Notes: a model not told the origin generated them from the sequence alone. 63,756 nucleotides of DNA, filler included, from Octopus bimaculoides (GCF_001194135.2; 4 parts of 4 records of this genome joined end to end with filler, not necessarily neighbours in it), one strand, 5' to 3'; positions 1 to 10,738 are shown, numbered from the whole stretch's first letter. Numbers and translations: made by a program.

Positions 1-59
1 ATATATATATATATATATATACATCTGTACATATATATATATACATACATACATATATA

Positions 60-290
60 TACATATAGTAAATCCAACAAAAGAAAGAAAAACAAATACA
101 AAAAATAACAACGCGAGGATGTGGTAGATGTAAGGTATTAGCAGACGCTCAGGGAAGGGGGAAAGAAAGACGGTTTAACGTTTAGAGCAATGCTCTTGTT
201 CAGAAACAGAGGAATGTCTAATAGAAAGGAAGACGGGGGTAAGAAAATCGCCAATGATTCATATTTAATATTCCTAGAAAATAGTTATGT
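60..290 (-). mobile_element. Penelope-like terminal-repeat (pLTR) fragment with decayed minimal hammerhead-like motif at 173-207
   Basis: Minus strand reads GUUU-CUGAACA-A-GAGC-AUU-GCUC-UAAA-CG-UUA-AAC: hammerhead layout with G8 and G12 substituted. Downstream sequence resembles the plus-strand copy at 415-595. Confidence 0.5.
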
Positions 291-297
291 TTTTATA

Positions 298-332
<35 letters not shown>

Positions 333-414
333 GTGTGTACCTGTATACACACACACACACACACACACGCACACACATATATATATATATCATGATAGAT
401 CACTGACCACTACA

Positions 415-595
415 TACATTTTTTCTTTTCTTGCTTCTCTCTTTGTTTCTTTCAGCGTTCCTTTCTGTGGAAGAGCGTAGGCTCGAAGCGTTAAAGACTT
501 TTTCAGTTCCCGAAAGTTATACTAATACATCTGTTTATTGTCTACACCACCTGTTTTCGTCTGTTGTTTTTTGTGAATTCTCCCTATCTATCTAT
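415..595 (+). mobile_element. Penelope-like pLTR fragment with decayed minimal hammerhead-like motif (~462-498)
   Basis: CUUU-CUGUGGA-A-GAGC-GUAG-GCUC-GAAG-CG-UUA-AAG. Its 3' part is the reverse complement of 29762-29832. Confidence 0.5.
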
Positions 596-861
596 CTATC
601 TATATATATATATATATATATNNNNNNNNNNNNNNNNNNNNNNNNNNNNNNNNNNNNNNNNNNNNNNNNNNNNNNNNNNNNNNNNNNNNNNNNNNNNNNN
701 NNNNNNNNNNNNNNNNNNNNNNNNNNNNNNNNNNNNNNNNNNNNNNNATATATAAATGTGTGTGTGTGTGTGTGTGTGTGTGTCTGTGTATGTGTGTCTG
801 TGTGTGTCCGTGTCTGTGTATGTATGTATGCATGTATGGATGTATGTATGTATGTATATAC

Positions 862-1245
862 ATTGAGGATCAATTGCCCACTGGTTAGGGTAGCGGACTC
901 GCTGTCGTAGGATTGTAGTTTCGATTCCCAGACCGGACGTTGTGAGTGTGTATTGAGCGAAAACACCTAAAACTCCACGAGGCTCCGGCAGGGGATGGTA
1001 GTGAACCTTGCTGTACTCTTTCACCACAACTTTCTCTCACTCTTTCTTCCTGTTTCTGATGTACCTGTATTTCAAAGGGTCAGCCTTGTCACACCCTGTG
1101 TCACGCTGAATATCCCCGAGAACTACGTTAAGGGTTCCCGTGTCTGTGGAGTGCTCAGCCACTTGCACGTTAATTTCACAAGCAGGCTGTTCCGTTGATT
1201 GGATCAACTGGAACACACGTTGTCCTTACCAACAGAGAGCCACAA
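862..1245 (+). mobile_element. tRNA-derived SINE, family A
   Basis: A-box (TGGTTAGG) and B-box (GTTTCGATTCC) head; body near-identical to 7045-7417 and to the reverse complements of 59262-59555 and 61790-62088. Confidence 0.9.
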
Positions 1246-1264
1246 TGTAAATATACATATGCAT

Positions 1265-1566
1265 ATTTACTGGTACTCTGTTAGTTGTGATGACGAGTAT
1301 CCAATCAACAGAAAACCTGTTTGCGAAATTAACGTGTAAGTTGCTAAGTACTCCACAGGCACGCATAACCTTAATATAGTTCTCAGGGTTATTTAGCGGG
1401 ACAAGGCTGACCCTTCGAAAGACAGGTACAATTCATTTTTATTGGCCGTGTGGACTGGAGCAACGTGAAAGAAAATGTCATGCTCATGGGCACAAGGCGC
1501 CGCCGGGAATCGAACTCACGACTCTACGACCATGAACTGAATACACTAATCACTAAGCTACGCGAC

Positions 1567-1567
<1 letters not shown>
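1265..1567 (-). mobile_element. tRNA-derived SINE, family D (different head/core, 3' body shared with family A)
   Basis: Minus-strand B-box (GAGTTCGATTCCCGG) and core similar to 37917-38150 and 57380-57530; 3' half aligns with family A (GTGACAAGGCTGACCC motif). Confidence 0.7.
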
Positions 1568-1649
<82 letters not shown>

Positions 1650-1736
1650 AGAGCAAGCACATAAATGTGAAACAAGGGGGAGGGGAAAGTATTCGAGTAA
1701 TGTGCTTTATTAGTAAAGCTGCAAAGACATCACAAA

Positions 1737-1778
1737 AACTGTTACCCAGAGTTTCACGTTCCCGTTCGTCGGACAAAT
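1737..1778 (-). ncRNA. Minimal hammerhead ribozyme-like motif (core CCGACGA)
   Basis: UUGU-CCGACGA-ACG(GGAA)CGU-GAAA-CUC(U)GGG-UA|ACAG: stems I, II and III all pair; GUA cleavage triplet; position 4 is C rather than U. Confidence 0.55.
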
Positions 1779-1867
1779 TTTGTTGAGGATGGAGCAAAAA
1801 TAAGGTTATATTTATATTTAAAAATTCATAGCCATACAACCTTATTTTGGTTCCATTCTCTACCGAT

Positions 1868-1907
1868 ACTGTCCGACGAAACGAGAACGTGAAACTCTGA
1901 GTAGCAA
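1868..1907 (+). ncRNA. Minimal hammerhead ribozyme-like motif (core CCGACGA)
   Basis: UGU-CCGACGA-A-ACG(AGAA)CGU-GAAA-CUC(U)GAG-UA|GCA; mirror copy of 1737-1778. Confidence 0.5.
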
Positions 1908-1989
1908 ATTGGTGATGTCTTTGCAGCTTTTGCTCCAGTATGACCGTAGCTTTGGAGCTGAAACTTTTAAAAGAATTATGCATATAAGG

Positions 1990-2145
1990 CGTAGTAGTGG
2001 CTGAGCGGTAAGAAACTTTCTTAACAACCACATGGTTTCGGGTTCAGTCCCACTGCGTGGTGGCACCTTGGGCAAGTGTCTTCTACTATAGCCTCGGGCT
2101 ATGTGTGTGTGTGTGTGTGTGTGTGTNNNNNNNNNNAGCCTCGGG

Positions 2146-2184
<39 letters not shown>

Positions 2185-2275
2185 TCCCTCCACCATCGCT
2201 TGACAACCGATGCTGGTGTGTTTTTATCTCCATTAACTTAGTGGTTCGGCAAAAGACCTATAGATGTGAGTTCGA
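1990..2275 (+). mobile_element. tRNA-derived SINE, family B (internal microsatellite), 3'-truncated
   Basis: Head GGCTGAGCGGTAAGAAACTT...GGTTCAGTCCCACTGCGTGG...CACCTTGGGCAAGTG, then (TG)n and the ATCGCTTGACAACCGATG body. Sequence is duplicated across the 10-N gap. Confidence 0.85.
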
Positions 2276-2456
2276 CTCTTATGGCTGGTTGTTGACATAT
2301 TCTTCCGCTTTGTATGGATGTTTTACCCTGTGTCTGCTTTTCTAACAGAGTTTATGCGTTTGAAAATAAATTATTTTATTCGTATCTCATATTATGCATT
2401 TCAGCGCTTGTAAGGGAAACATTGGTTTGTTTACATTTATCGTATATATACATATA

Positions 2457-3364
2457 TTAGGTTGAAGAAAAAGTTCGTGCGCCGTGTTAAAATTATGCTT
2501 TTTTGTATATTTTTGTGGTATGTGTTTTCATTCAGTTCATACCATGTTCAATGGTGACTCACTTTGTTCGTCGAAAACGCGCTTTGTTTCCACAAGACAA
2601 TGCAAAGCCGCATACCACCAGAAAGAGCAGCAAGAAGAATGAAGAAATGGACGGTATGGAAGTTCTGTCGCATCCAGCCTGTAGTGACGCCTTAATAGCA
2701 GACGAAATTTCCGGAAAGTTTATCCACGCATGCGCAGGGACTAGTTCCGGAAGGAATACAGGAAGAGTCTCATGCGCATGCGTAGTCATCGATATCCAAG
2801 CTTCGCGCGGGTTTTCATCCTCTTTCTCGCTGGCCGACGAAGGGCCTGGACGTCGTCAGCAGCCTCTCTCCAACATTCCAAATCTGGAGCTACACAAATA
2901 ACTTCATTGACGGCGTCTCAGTAACCAAAGGGCGAAGTGCTGCTGAATTCTATTGTAATAAATATTGTTGTGTTGATAGTTCAGAATCTGCGTTCCGTTG
3001 TTTCTTCAAGAAATTTAATGTACGGAAGCGGAGTACACCTAATGGTGTAAAACCACTTCCCTACAAGCCTATAATCCAGACGTTGCTCTATGTGACTACG
3101 GTCTCTTCCGATCAATGCAGCACTTTATGAAGGGTCACCGATATGAGCCATTCGATAAGGTTGAAGAAGCTTGTCGAGAAGTTTTCGATTCAAAGCCGAA
3201 GGATTGGTACTTTGATCAAATCTGAAAGCTTGCAGATCATTGGCGCAGAAGGTCGTGGAAAATGTTGGTCTTTATTTTGAAGAATAGTTGTTGTTGTTTT
3301 TGAATAAATTCTTGCATAAAAAATCATTATTTTAACACGTCGCACGAACTTTTTCCACACAACC
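2457..3364 (+). mobile_element. Internally deleted mariner element interrupted by a solo LTR
   Basis: TA plus left TIR TTAGGTTGAAGAAAAAGTTCGTGCG..GTGTTAAAAT, matched by right end ATTTTAACACGTCGCACGAACTTTTT; transposase remnants QDNAKPH, HPA/YNPDVALCDY..LFRSMQHF, ..GLYFE. Confidence 0.9.
2680..3065. mobile_element. Solo LTR (386 bp), probably Gypsy-type
   Basis: Termini TGTAG...CTACA; AGCC duplicated at 2676-2679 and 3066-3069; internal AATAAA. Removing the insert restores CAT CCA GCC TAT AAT CCA GAC (HPAYNPD) of the transposase. Confidence 0.85.
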
Positions 3365-3755
3365 AGTGTGGTAAGAAGCTTGCTTCCCAACCACATGGTT
3401 CCGGATTCAGTCCTTGGGCTATAGCAGTTTTCTGCTATAATCTCAGGACAACCAGAGCCTTGTGAGTAAATTTGGTAAACGGAAACTGAAAGAAGCCCGT
3501 CGTGCATATTAACACACAAACACACACACACACGCATATATGTATATGAACGTGTTTGTGCTTGTGTTTGTCCCCCCTCCCCACCATCGCTTGACAACTG
3601 ATGTTGGTGTGTCTGCGTCTCCTTAACTTCGCGGTTCGTCAAAAGACGGTAGAATAAGTACTAGGCTTATAAGAATAAGTCCTGGGATCGATTTGCTCGA
3701 CTAGAGGCGGTGCTCCAGCATGACCGCAATCAAATGATTGAAACAAATAAAAGAA
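3365..3755 (+). mobile_element. SINE family B, near full length
   Basis: Head, internal microsatellite, body and 3' tail GGCGGTGCTCCAGCATGACCGCAATCAAATGATTGAAAC. Confidence 0.9.
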
Positions 3756-4017
3756 TATATGTAACTTTCGGTTTATCCTTCACATGTTTCATCCATTAGT
3801 CTGCGACCATACTGGAGCACTGCGTTGAGGAATTTCAGTGTTACTATGGTTTTGCTTAGGCATAGCAATACTAGTAACCTGATGTTAGAACTCAATAAAC
3901 ATGCTTCAGAGAAAAAAAATGAAGTGTTAGTCGAGTAAAGTAATAAGAGATTATATAAACGATTAGGGAATAAGAATTTATATCTTATTTCTTTGCCATT
4001 TTAAATTCTTATACATA

Positions 4018-4065
<48 letters not shown>

Positions 4066-4394
4066 ATAAATCTCCGAGCGAGATGTAAACAGTAGCAGCA
4101 CGACATCGTGAAGTATGTTTGCCATCTAAATGCGGCTGACCCATAGGGGACGATGCTACTTTAGTTTATAGCCCCAAGAAGATATCTCCTCCAGCTGGCT
4201 AACGACACACTGTCTGTGTCCGATCAGTATTTGCGAAGGGAAATCATCGTTCCCATCCCTAGCCTGACATGATACACACGGACCCGGATTTCTGGGTAGT
4301 AACCCGTCATCAGCGTATGGCAATCACCGGCTAGGGATGAGAAATGATCTCGAACGCAAATACATATGTTTTTTCCAGTGTATGTATACACACA

Positions 4395-4430
<36 letters not shown>

Positions 4431-4750
4431 NNNNNNNNNNNNNNNNNNNNNNNNNNNNNNNNNNNNNNNNNNNNNNNNNNNNNNNNNNNNNNNNNNNNNN
4501 NNNNNNNNNNNNNNNNNNNNNNNNNNNNNNNNNNNNNNNNNNNNNNNNNNNNNNNNNNNNNNNNNNNNNNNNNNNNNNNNNNNNNNNNNNNNNTATATGA
4601 ATAATAGTTGAGGTGTGTTCTGTTAAGAACGTATAAGAGTACAAATAGAACTCGTTCACCCTTAGAATTCCCAAAAAGCTGGTAGCATTCTTATGGTATG
4701 CTACCAATTCTAGTCTTGGGTATTCCTCGTGTGTGAAAATAAGAAGCAAA

Positions 4751-5046
4751 AAGTAAAAGAGTCAAAAGGAAGTGTAAGTACGGTTAGTCAGCTTTTTAAT
4801 CGCTACAAATGTTTAGATACATACAGAGTTTCAAAGATGAAGCCGTGGATGTTGCAGCATGGAATCTAAATTTACTTACGGACACAGCAACTGTGTATCG
4901 ATATCTTCTTATACAGGTAAATCGTTAAATAATTTAATTTAAACTTTAAATCCTGTATATACGAGGATCGGTATGTATCGAAACATTTGTAGCAATTAAA
5001 AAGCTGACCAACCATACTTACTCTTCCTTTTGACTATTTTACTTTC
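4751..5046. repeat. Fold-back inverted repeat, ~72-bp arms, ~146-bp spacer
   Basis: AGTCAAAAGGAAGTGTAAGTACGGTTAGTCAGCTTTTTAATCGCTACAAATGTTTAGATACATAC is mirrored at ~4970-5046; the right arm includes a hammerhead-like 3' half CGAAACATTTGTA|GC. Confidence 0.9.
4827..4916 (+). other. Weak candidate 90-bp exon inside the fold-back spacer (SFKDEAVDVAAWNLNLLTDTATVYRYLLIQ)
   Basis: AG at 4825-4826, CAG|GTAAAT donor, open phase-0 frame; poor polypyrimidine tract and no recognised homology. Confidence 0.15.
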
Positions 5047-5059
5047 TACTTTATATATA

Positions 5060-5240
5060 TATTAGTTATTTCAGTCATTTGACTGCGGCCATGCTGGAGC
5101 ACGCCTTTAACCGAGCAAATCGACCCCAGAACTTATTCTTTGTAAACCTAGTACTTATTCTATCGGTCACTTTTGCGATCTACTAAGTTACAAGAACGTA
5201 AACACACCAGCATCGGTTGTCAAGCGATGTTGAGGGTACA
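5060..5240 (-). mobile_element. SINE family B, 3' half
   Basis: Reverse complement of family B body and tail. Confidence 0.85.
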
Positions 5241-5444
5241 ACTCCGTGCAATGGTGTGCGAGGGAATCAAGGCCGCTGGATGGGCACGAGTTGTAGAAGC
5301 TCAACNNNNNNNNNNNNNNNNNNNNNNNNNNNNNNNNNNNNNNNNNNNNNNNNNNNNNNNNNNNNNNNNNNNNNNNNNNNNNNNNNNNNNNNNNNNNNNN
5401 NNNNNGAAAATACACACGCCTTACATTGTTTTAATATAATTTTT

Positions 5445-6946
5445 AATATATCGACAGGTTTCGCTCTTCGCTATTCATGATATTATGGTTTAGTTATTTG
5501 AATATGTATTTTCTTAAGAAGAAAAGTTTTGTCCATGTTGTGTGTGATGATATTTTCGAATGAATAGCTTCACAAGAAGAAAAATAAGGGGAGGTAATTG
5601 ATTATCGTTATTACTGTAGTTGTTGTTGGCAAGGGAGATAACTGTTCAGCTTTCGGTAACGGGAGGAGAATATATATGTGTACACACAAAAGAAAGGGTT
5701 TCGAAAAGCTTGTTTAGTGAGGTGATTTATGTATAGTGATGTAATCGTGAATTGAAATATTTAAAAAGATAAAAGTTGGTTATGCGTGCATATTAAGACG
5801 TGTTCTCTTTTTCAATGAAAAAAGTTTCTTTATTTAAACCTTCTTCTGGAGAGATTGTCTTTGCACTGGTACAAGGGGAAGACTCTGAAATTTGGTTTGA
5901 TGTTATCTGTACATTTTCTATATGTTCACTGAGAGGAATTTGCCTGTATTGTGGGAAACGGATTTGCTCTTTATGTAGAGTGGTTCTCCTTCTCGAGGTT
6001 ATACTTGTCTGTCCAATATAGTTGTGTCCGTAACCCGAGCAGGTTATTACATAAATTAGGTTCTCAGAGACACAAGTGAAACTAGTTTTAATTGTGAAGC
6101 TCTGAACTGGTTTGAAAAGGAAATCCGAGCCTTTTAAGTAAGTTGGGGAAGGTTCCACAGTTTGGGCATCCACATTTTTTAACCGTTCGTTTCGTGGTTG
6201 CTTTATAAAGCTTCGCATTTGTTAGCAGTCTCTTTAGCGTTTTGTGTTGCTTTTTGCATTTGATGAGTTTGTGCGTTTTCAGGATGTCGTTCATATTTGG
6301 ATCTCTAGTTAGTAAAGGAAGATTTTGCACAATAGTGTTGAATGCCTCACTGTTTCTGGGGTTGCGTGTTGATATAAATAGTAGTGTTTTGAGATGAGGT
6401 GTGGTGTTTTTATGTCTTAGTGTTTTTATGTCTAATTTTTTGGTACGTTTAATTCCCTCGTCTATAAGTGAGGGTGGATATTGAGGTCTTGAAGACGAAG
6501 GTCCCGAGTTGTTCTATCAGACACTATTGAGCAAATCCTTTTTGCGAAATTGAAAGGGATATTCATTTTGATGTGTTTCGGATGGCATGAGCTAAAGAGG
6601 AGATATTATTTTGAATCAGTTGGTTTATAATAAATATCAGTTATGATTTGATTGTTGATTTTTTTTTTTTATCATGACGTCTAAAAATGGGAGCTGTTCT
6701 TTGTTATATTCCATTGTGAATTGATTGTTACTATTTATATAATTTAGTGTTGATTTGAAATCCAAAAGTTTGTCACTAGTCTCCTTCCAAATGATAAAAC
6801 AGTCATCCAGGTATCTTTTCCAATTTTCTCTTATGTAAAGGTAAAATGGGTAACCATATTTCTGAAGTGATACTTCATGTAAAGTGAATTCAAAATAACC
6901 CATTATCAGGTTCGCAAGAACAGAGGCTGCTTTCATTCCCATCGCA

Positions 6947-6948
<2 letters not shown>
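5445..6948 (-). mobile_element. Penelope-like retroelement, 5'-truncated and frameshifted (RT + GIY-YIG endonuclease)
   Basis: RT motifs AMG..AA..ANL.MGYFE, W.RYLDDCFIIW, LPFLDV; linker C..PNCGT; GIY-YIG-like LIYVITCSG..HNYIGQT..R...HK (ORFs 6637-6999, 6088-6330, 5793-6218). Confidence 0.92.
5448..5483 (-). ncRNA. Minimal hammerhead ribozyme-like motif downstream of the Penelope ORF, with A3/U8 core variant
   Basis: AUAUC-AUGAAUA-GC(GAAGA)GC-GAAA-C(CU)G-UC|GAUAU: 5-bp stem I, 2-bp stem II, GUC triplet. Confidence 0.6.
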
Positions 6949-7007
<59 letters not shown>

Positions 7008-7044
7008 TATTTATAATTTATATATATATATATATATATACAAG

Positions 7045-7417
7045 CGTGGAGGCGCAATGGCCTAGTGGTTAGGCCAGCGGACTCGCGGTCATAGGATCGC
7101 GGTTTCGATTCCCAGACCGGGCGTTGTGAGTGTTTATTGAGCGAAAACACCTAAAACTCCACGGGATGGTGGCGAACCCTGCTGTACGCTTCCACCACAA
7201 CTTTCTCTTACTTCCTGTTTCTGTTGTCCCTGTAATTCAAAGAGTCAGCCTTGTCACACTGTGTCACGCTGAATATCCCTGAGAACTACGTTAAGGGTAC
7301 ACGTGTCTGTGGAGTGCTCAGCCACTTGCACGTTAATTTCACGAGCAGGCTGTTCCGTTGATCGGATCAACTGGAACCCGCGACGTCGTAAGCGACGGAG
7401 TGCCAACAACAACAACA
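7045..7417 (+). mobile_element. SINE family A, full length with (CAA)n tail
   Basis: GGCGCAATGGCCTAGTGGTTAGG...GTTTCGATTCCC head; 3' hairpin CGTCG-TAAG-CGACG; AACAACAAC tail. Confidence 0.92.
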
Positions 7418-7977
7418 TATACAAACAGAGAGATAGATAGATAGATAGATAGATAGATGCATACATACATACATGTGTAGTATGTGTGTTTAATTTTGTG
7501 TTCGCCACCCAGACGGTCAGTTTGTCAACTGGTGCTGATTTATCTACGCTCTGTATCTTAACAGTTGTGCAAAAGTATCAATAGAATAAATACTAGATTT
7601 TAAAAAGTAAACTTGGGGTTGATTTGTCGGGCTAAACCCTTCAATGCTGTGCCCTAGCATGGTCGCAGAGCAATGTGTGATACAAGTAAAAAAATAAACG
7701 ATAAAATATTTAAGTATCTAACCGTATGAATGTCATGTGTAATATATATTTCATTTATGATAGATTAAATTGTCACTTAGCGTAACACACACACACACAC
7801 ACACACGTGTGTGTGTACATACATCCATGTATGCAACCGTAGAAACCATGCCAAAATTAGCAGTGGAATACGACGTAGTCTATTGACCCGCCGATTTCCG
7901 TCGAATCGTCCAACATATACCACCATGGAATATGGACGTTGAATTTGATGATGATTATGATGATGATGTGTGTGTAC

Positions 7978-8018
<41 letters not shown>

Positions 8019-8190
8019 CATACGCACGGGTGCGCAAATCATTACTGTGCCAATGTTCATGTCTGAATGTACTATAATAAAAAGTCGTAATGATAATATG
8101 ATATAATTTACGCTATACTTCAAACACATTCAATATTCGGTCACCAAAATTATCTGATATTGTTTTGCTTCCATTTTTGTTTTAATACAG

Positions 8191-8262
8191 GAATTGTGTG
8201 GCGTTAAAAATAGCTCAGCTGCCTGCATAGCTGCTGTAACTGAAAGACTGGAAAAGCCTAAA
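8191..8262 (+). CDS. Candidate 72-bp internal coding exon (ELCGVKNSSAACIAAVTERLEKPK), product unknown
   Basis: Strong T-rich acceptor (...TTTTTGTTTTAATACAG), donor AAA|GTAAAC, only frame 0 open, non-repetitive context. No partner exons identified. Confidence 0.35.
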
Positions 8263-8399
8263 GTAAACTGTCAGCTGTTTATATATTTAACTTGAGCGCA
8301 TTCAGTAAACAACCACTTTGTTATTATATAAGATGTTTTTTATAGATATAGATACAAAGAATAATAGGTGTAAATATAAATATGATAATCCTTTTTATT

Positions 8400-8520
8400 A
8401 TAGGTACGAGGCATGAAATTGGAGGAGAGGGGGGTCTAGTCGATTTCATCGACTCCAGTAGTTGACTGGTACTTATTTTATCGACCTCGAAAGAATGAAA
8501 GGCAAAGTTGACATCGTTGG
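8400..8520 (-). mobile_element. SINE family C fragment
   Basis: Reverse complement of the central domain GTCAACTTTGCCTTTCATTCTTTCGAGGTCGATAAAATAAGTACCAG. Confidence 0.8.
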
Positions 8521-8754
8521 GGACAGTATCAGGTACCGAGCGGTAGCCTCCAGTTGATTTTTAGATACTATCTCCGCTTCATATGCTTGGTGTCTGTCAC
8601 TATGACGGTGACGTGTTTGTATATGCTGATATGGATCCTCTGCATTCCATTCTAGTTTGTGCGGAATGCATCTCAATTTCTCTATTTTATGCGGCAGATG
8701 CCCAAGAGTTAGTACATACCGAAGAGGCGAGAGAGGACAATATTGATGGACCAC

Positions 8755-8970
8755 AAGGCGGCGAGCTGACAGAAACGCTAGCGTGCCGGGCGAAATGCTT
8801 AGCGGTATTTTGTCTTTTACGTTCTCAGTTCAAATTCCGCCGAGGTCGACTTTGCCTTTCTTCCTTTCGGGGTCGATAAATTCAGTGCCAGTTATGTACT
8901 GGGTTGATCTAACTGATTGGCGCCCTCCCCAAAAATTTCGGGCCTTGTGCCTAGAGTTGAAAAGAATATT
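8755..8970 (+). mobile_element. SINE family C, full length
   Basis: GGCGGCGAGCTGACAGAAACGCTAGC head, TTCAAATTCC B-box, central GTCGACTTTGCCTTTC..GGGGTCGATAAA domain. Confidence 0.9.
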
Positions 8971-10738
8971 GATGGACCGAGCTGCATACTGTATGGTTTC
9001 GATAAATGGCCATTCCTCCTAACTGCCAAGCAGATGTTTTACATCACGACAATCCAACTGCGGTAAACGATACCGAATACAATTACTTTGAAGACAACTG
9101 TCAAGTAATAGTGATCGATTCTATCGAAACCTTTTGATAGATAAGTTAATCAGAGCCCTACAATGCCAGTTTCCTTACCCATCCTTTGTACCATATATCG
9201 CATGATACATCTGTTTGAGATGGCACATGTTTGTGCATCACCAGTCAGACTATGGAGTGCCAACTATCTTAACATCTTGACCAAAATATTACATTCTGCG
9301 CTTAACATGGGTAGAAAATTATCAATGTAGTCCTTGTCTGGGTTCTTTCTCAGCAGAACAACCACTTCTCGACACACAAGTTTGAGGATTCTCCCGTTCT
9401 ATTACCAGCTGCAGTAGATAACTGTCAAGAGGTCGCCTAACAAGTCTCGCATATGAAGGTAAAGCTCATAGTGTAAGAACATCGAAACCAAGCAATTTGC
9501 CAACCCACTCCAACGCGTAGCTAGCCGTTGCCTCCAGTAGTGCCGTAGCTGTTATCGGCTTTTCACAACACTCTGCCTTCTTTGCCGAGAGTAAAGACAG
9601 GCTGTTGAAGTAGGCATCAAAGTCCACTGTTTGATGTCTACTTCAATCCATCCCCACCACACTTCTCAAACAATTAAGTAAAGGACCGCTGAAAAAATAC
9701 ATTCAGCTGCTTGGGATCGAGTAACACGCGCTCGTCATGGTCCATAAAGATCGAATTATGGTCACTCGAGCCAATCAAATAGCTTTCATCCCCTCGTGTG
9801 ATAGAGGACTCCCTTTTCCTCTGACAACGAAGCCTTTACGTTTCGTGTTGAGGGCCAATCTCGCTACAAGCGCGTTGGTCACCGTTCTTTTTCTAAGTGC
9901 TTCTTCTTAGATTCTATGTCTCCCTCTATTTTAGTTTTTTCTTTCTATAGCTACAATTTTTACTAAACCTTATTGATTCTACTCTAATCGCTTTATTCTG
10001 GAAAATAATTTGATGTTGACGATTGCCTTCCCTAACACTTGTTTAACTAATTTGCTAATTCGGTACTTGTCAGTTTGGTGCACCAGTTAAACAATCCCTG
10101 CCTATAAAGCGTAATTAGGTTGACTGTAGAGATCACAAATTTGCAGACTGTGTAGCTAACCATTTGAATTGTAGACAACCGATGACATTCTGATCTATAG
10201 CTTACGGAATACTCTATCAAGATACGATCTGGATTATCCGATAAAATTTATTCATATCCACATTATCGCATTCAGGAGATCCAGTTAGTACCTGTCGTCC
10301 AGTTAGAAATGTCTGAACAGGTCTTAGACCCCTTTTCTATCGGATAGTCTCAAACAGTTCTATCATGCATCCAAGATAATGTTCCAGTCTCCCACTAGCA
10401 CTAAATAGCGAGCATTCCCATGACATACTCTAAATTTCTAAAGAAATCAAATCGCTCTGCCCCTGTCAGGTTATTAACGGCTGCTAGCCTGAAGGTATGG
10501 CCTTCGCTGTGGGTCACGTCTAGTACTACCAACTTATCATGTGGATCCAAAACCTGTCCGAAGCAACATAACACCTCCTAATCCCAGTCGATTGGGAGAT
10601 AATGGGTGTGGTATCATGTGGATCAGAAATTCTAGTCTCGCTAATGGCCACCATATCCATATCTAGTGACCTGAACCTGTGCAGCAGATGACCATGCTTC
10701 TATGGCAACCCCAGGCTACCTGCATTTATGCAGCCTTT
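8971..10738 (-). mobile_element. Decayed Tx1/L1-like LINE ORF2 (AP endonuclease + N-terminal RT)
   Basis: Manual minus-strand translation gives GCINAGSL..MVAISETR, LVLVGDWNIILD, SRSYLDRVF, GFVVRG..EG.K, VLLRKNPDK..IDNF.P, NGHLSKP; many stops and frameshifts. Confidence 0.8.

Larger units (their letters stand above)
1715..1930. repeat. Fold-back inverted repeat, ~61-bp arms (1715-1775 / 1870-1930), each carrying a hammerhead-like motif
   Basis: AAAGCTGCAAAGACATCAC...CGTCGGACA is mirrored by TGTCCGACG...GTGATGTCTTTGCAGCTTT; a second short inverted repeat (AAAATAAGGTT/AACCTTATTTT) lies in the spacer. Confidence 0.9.

Noticed and set aside
7045-7120. tRNA-like sequence (also at other SINE heads)
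   Set aside because: Continues directly into multi-copy SINE bodies with tails; cloverleaf imperfect; not called as tRNA genes.
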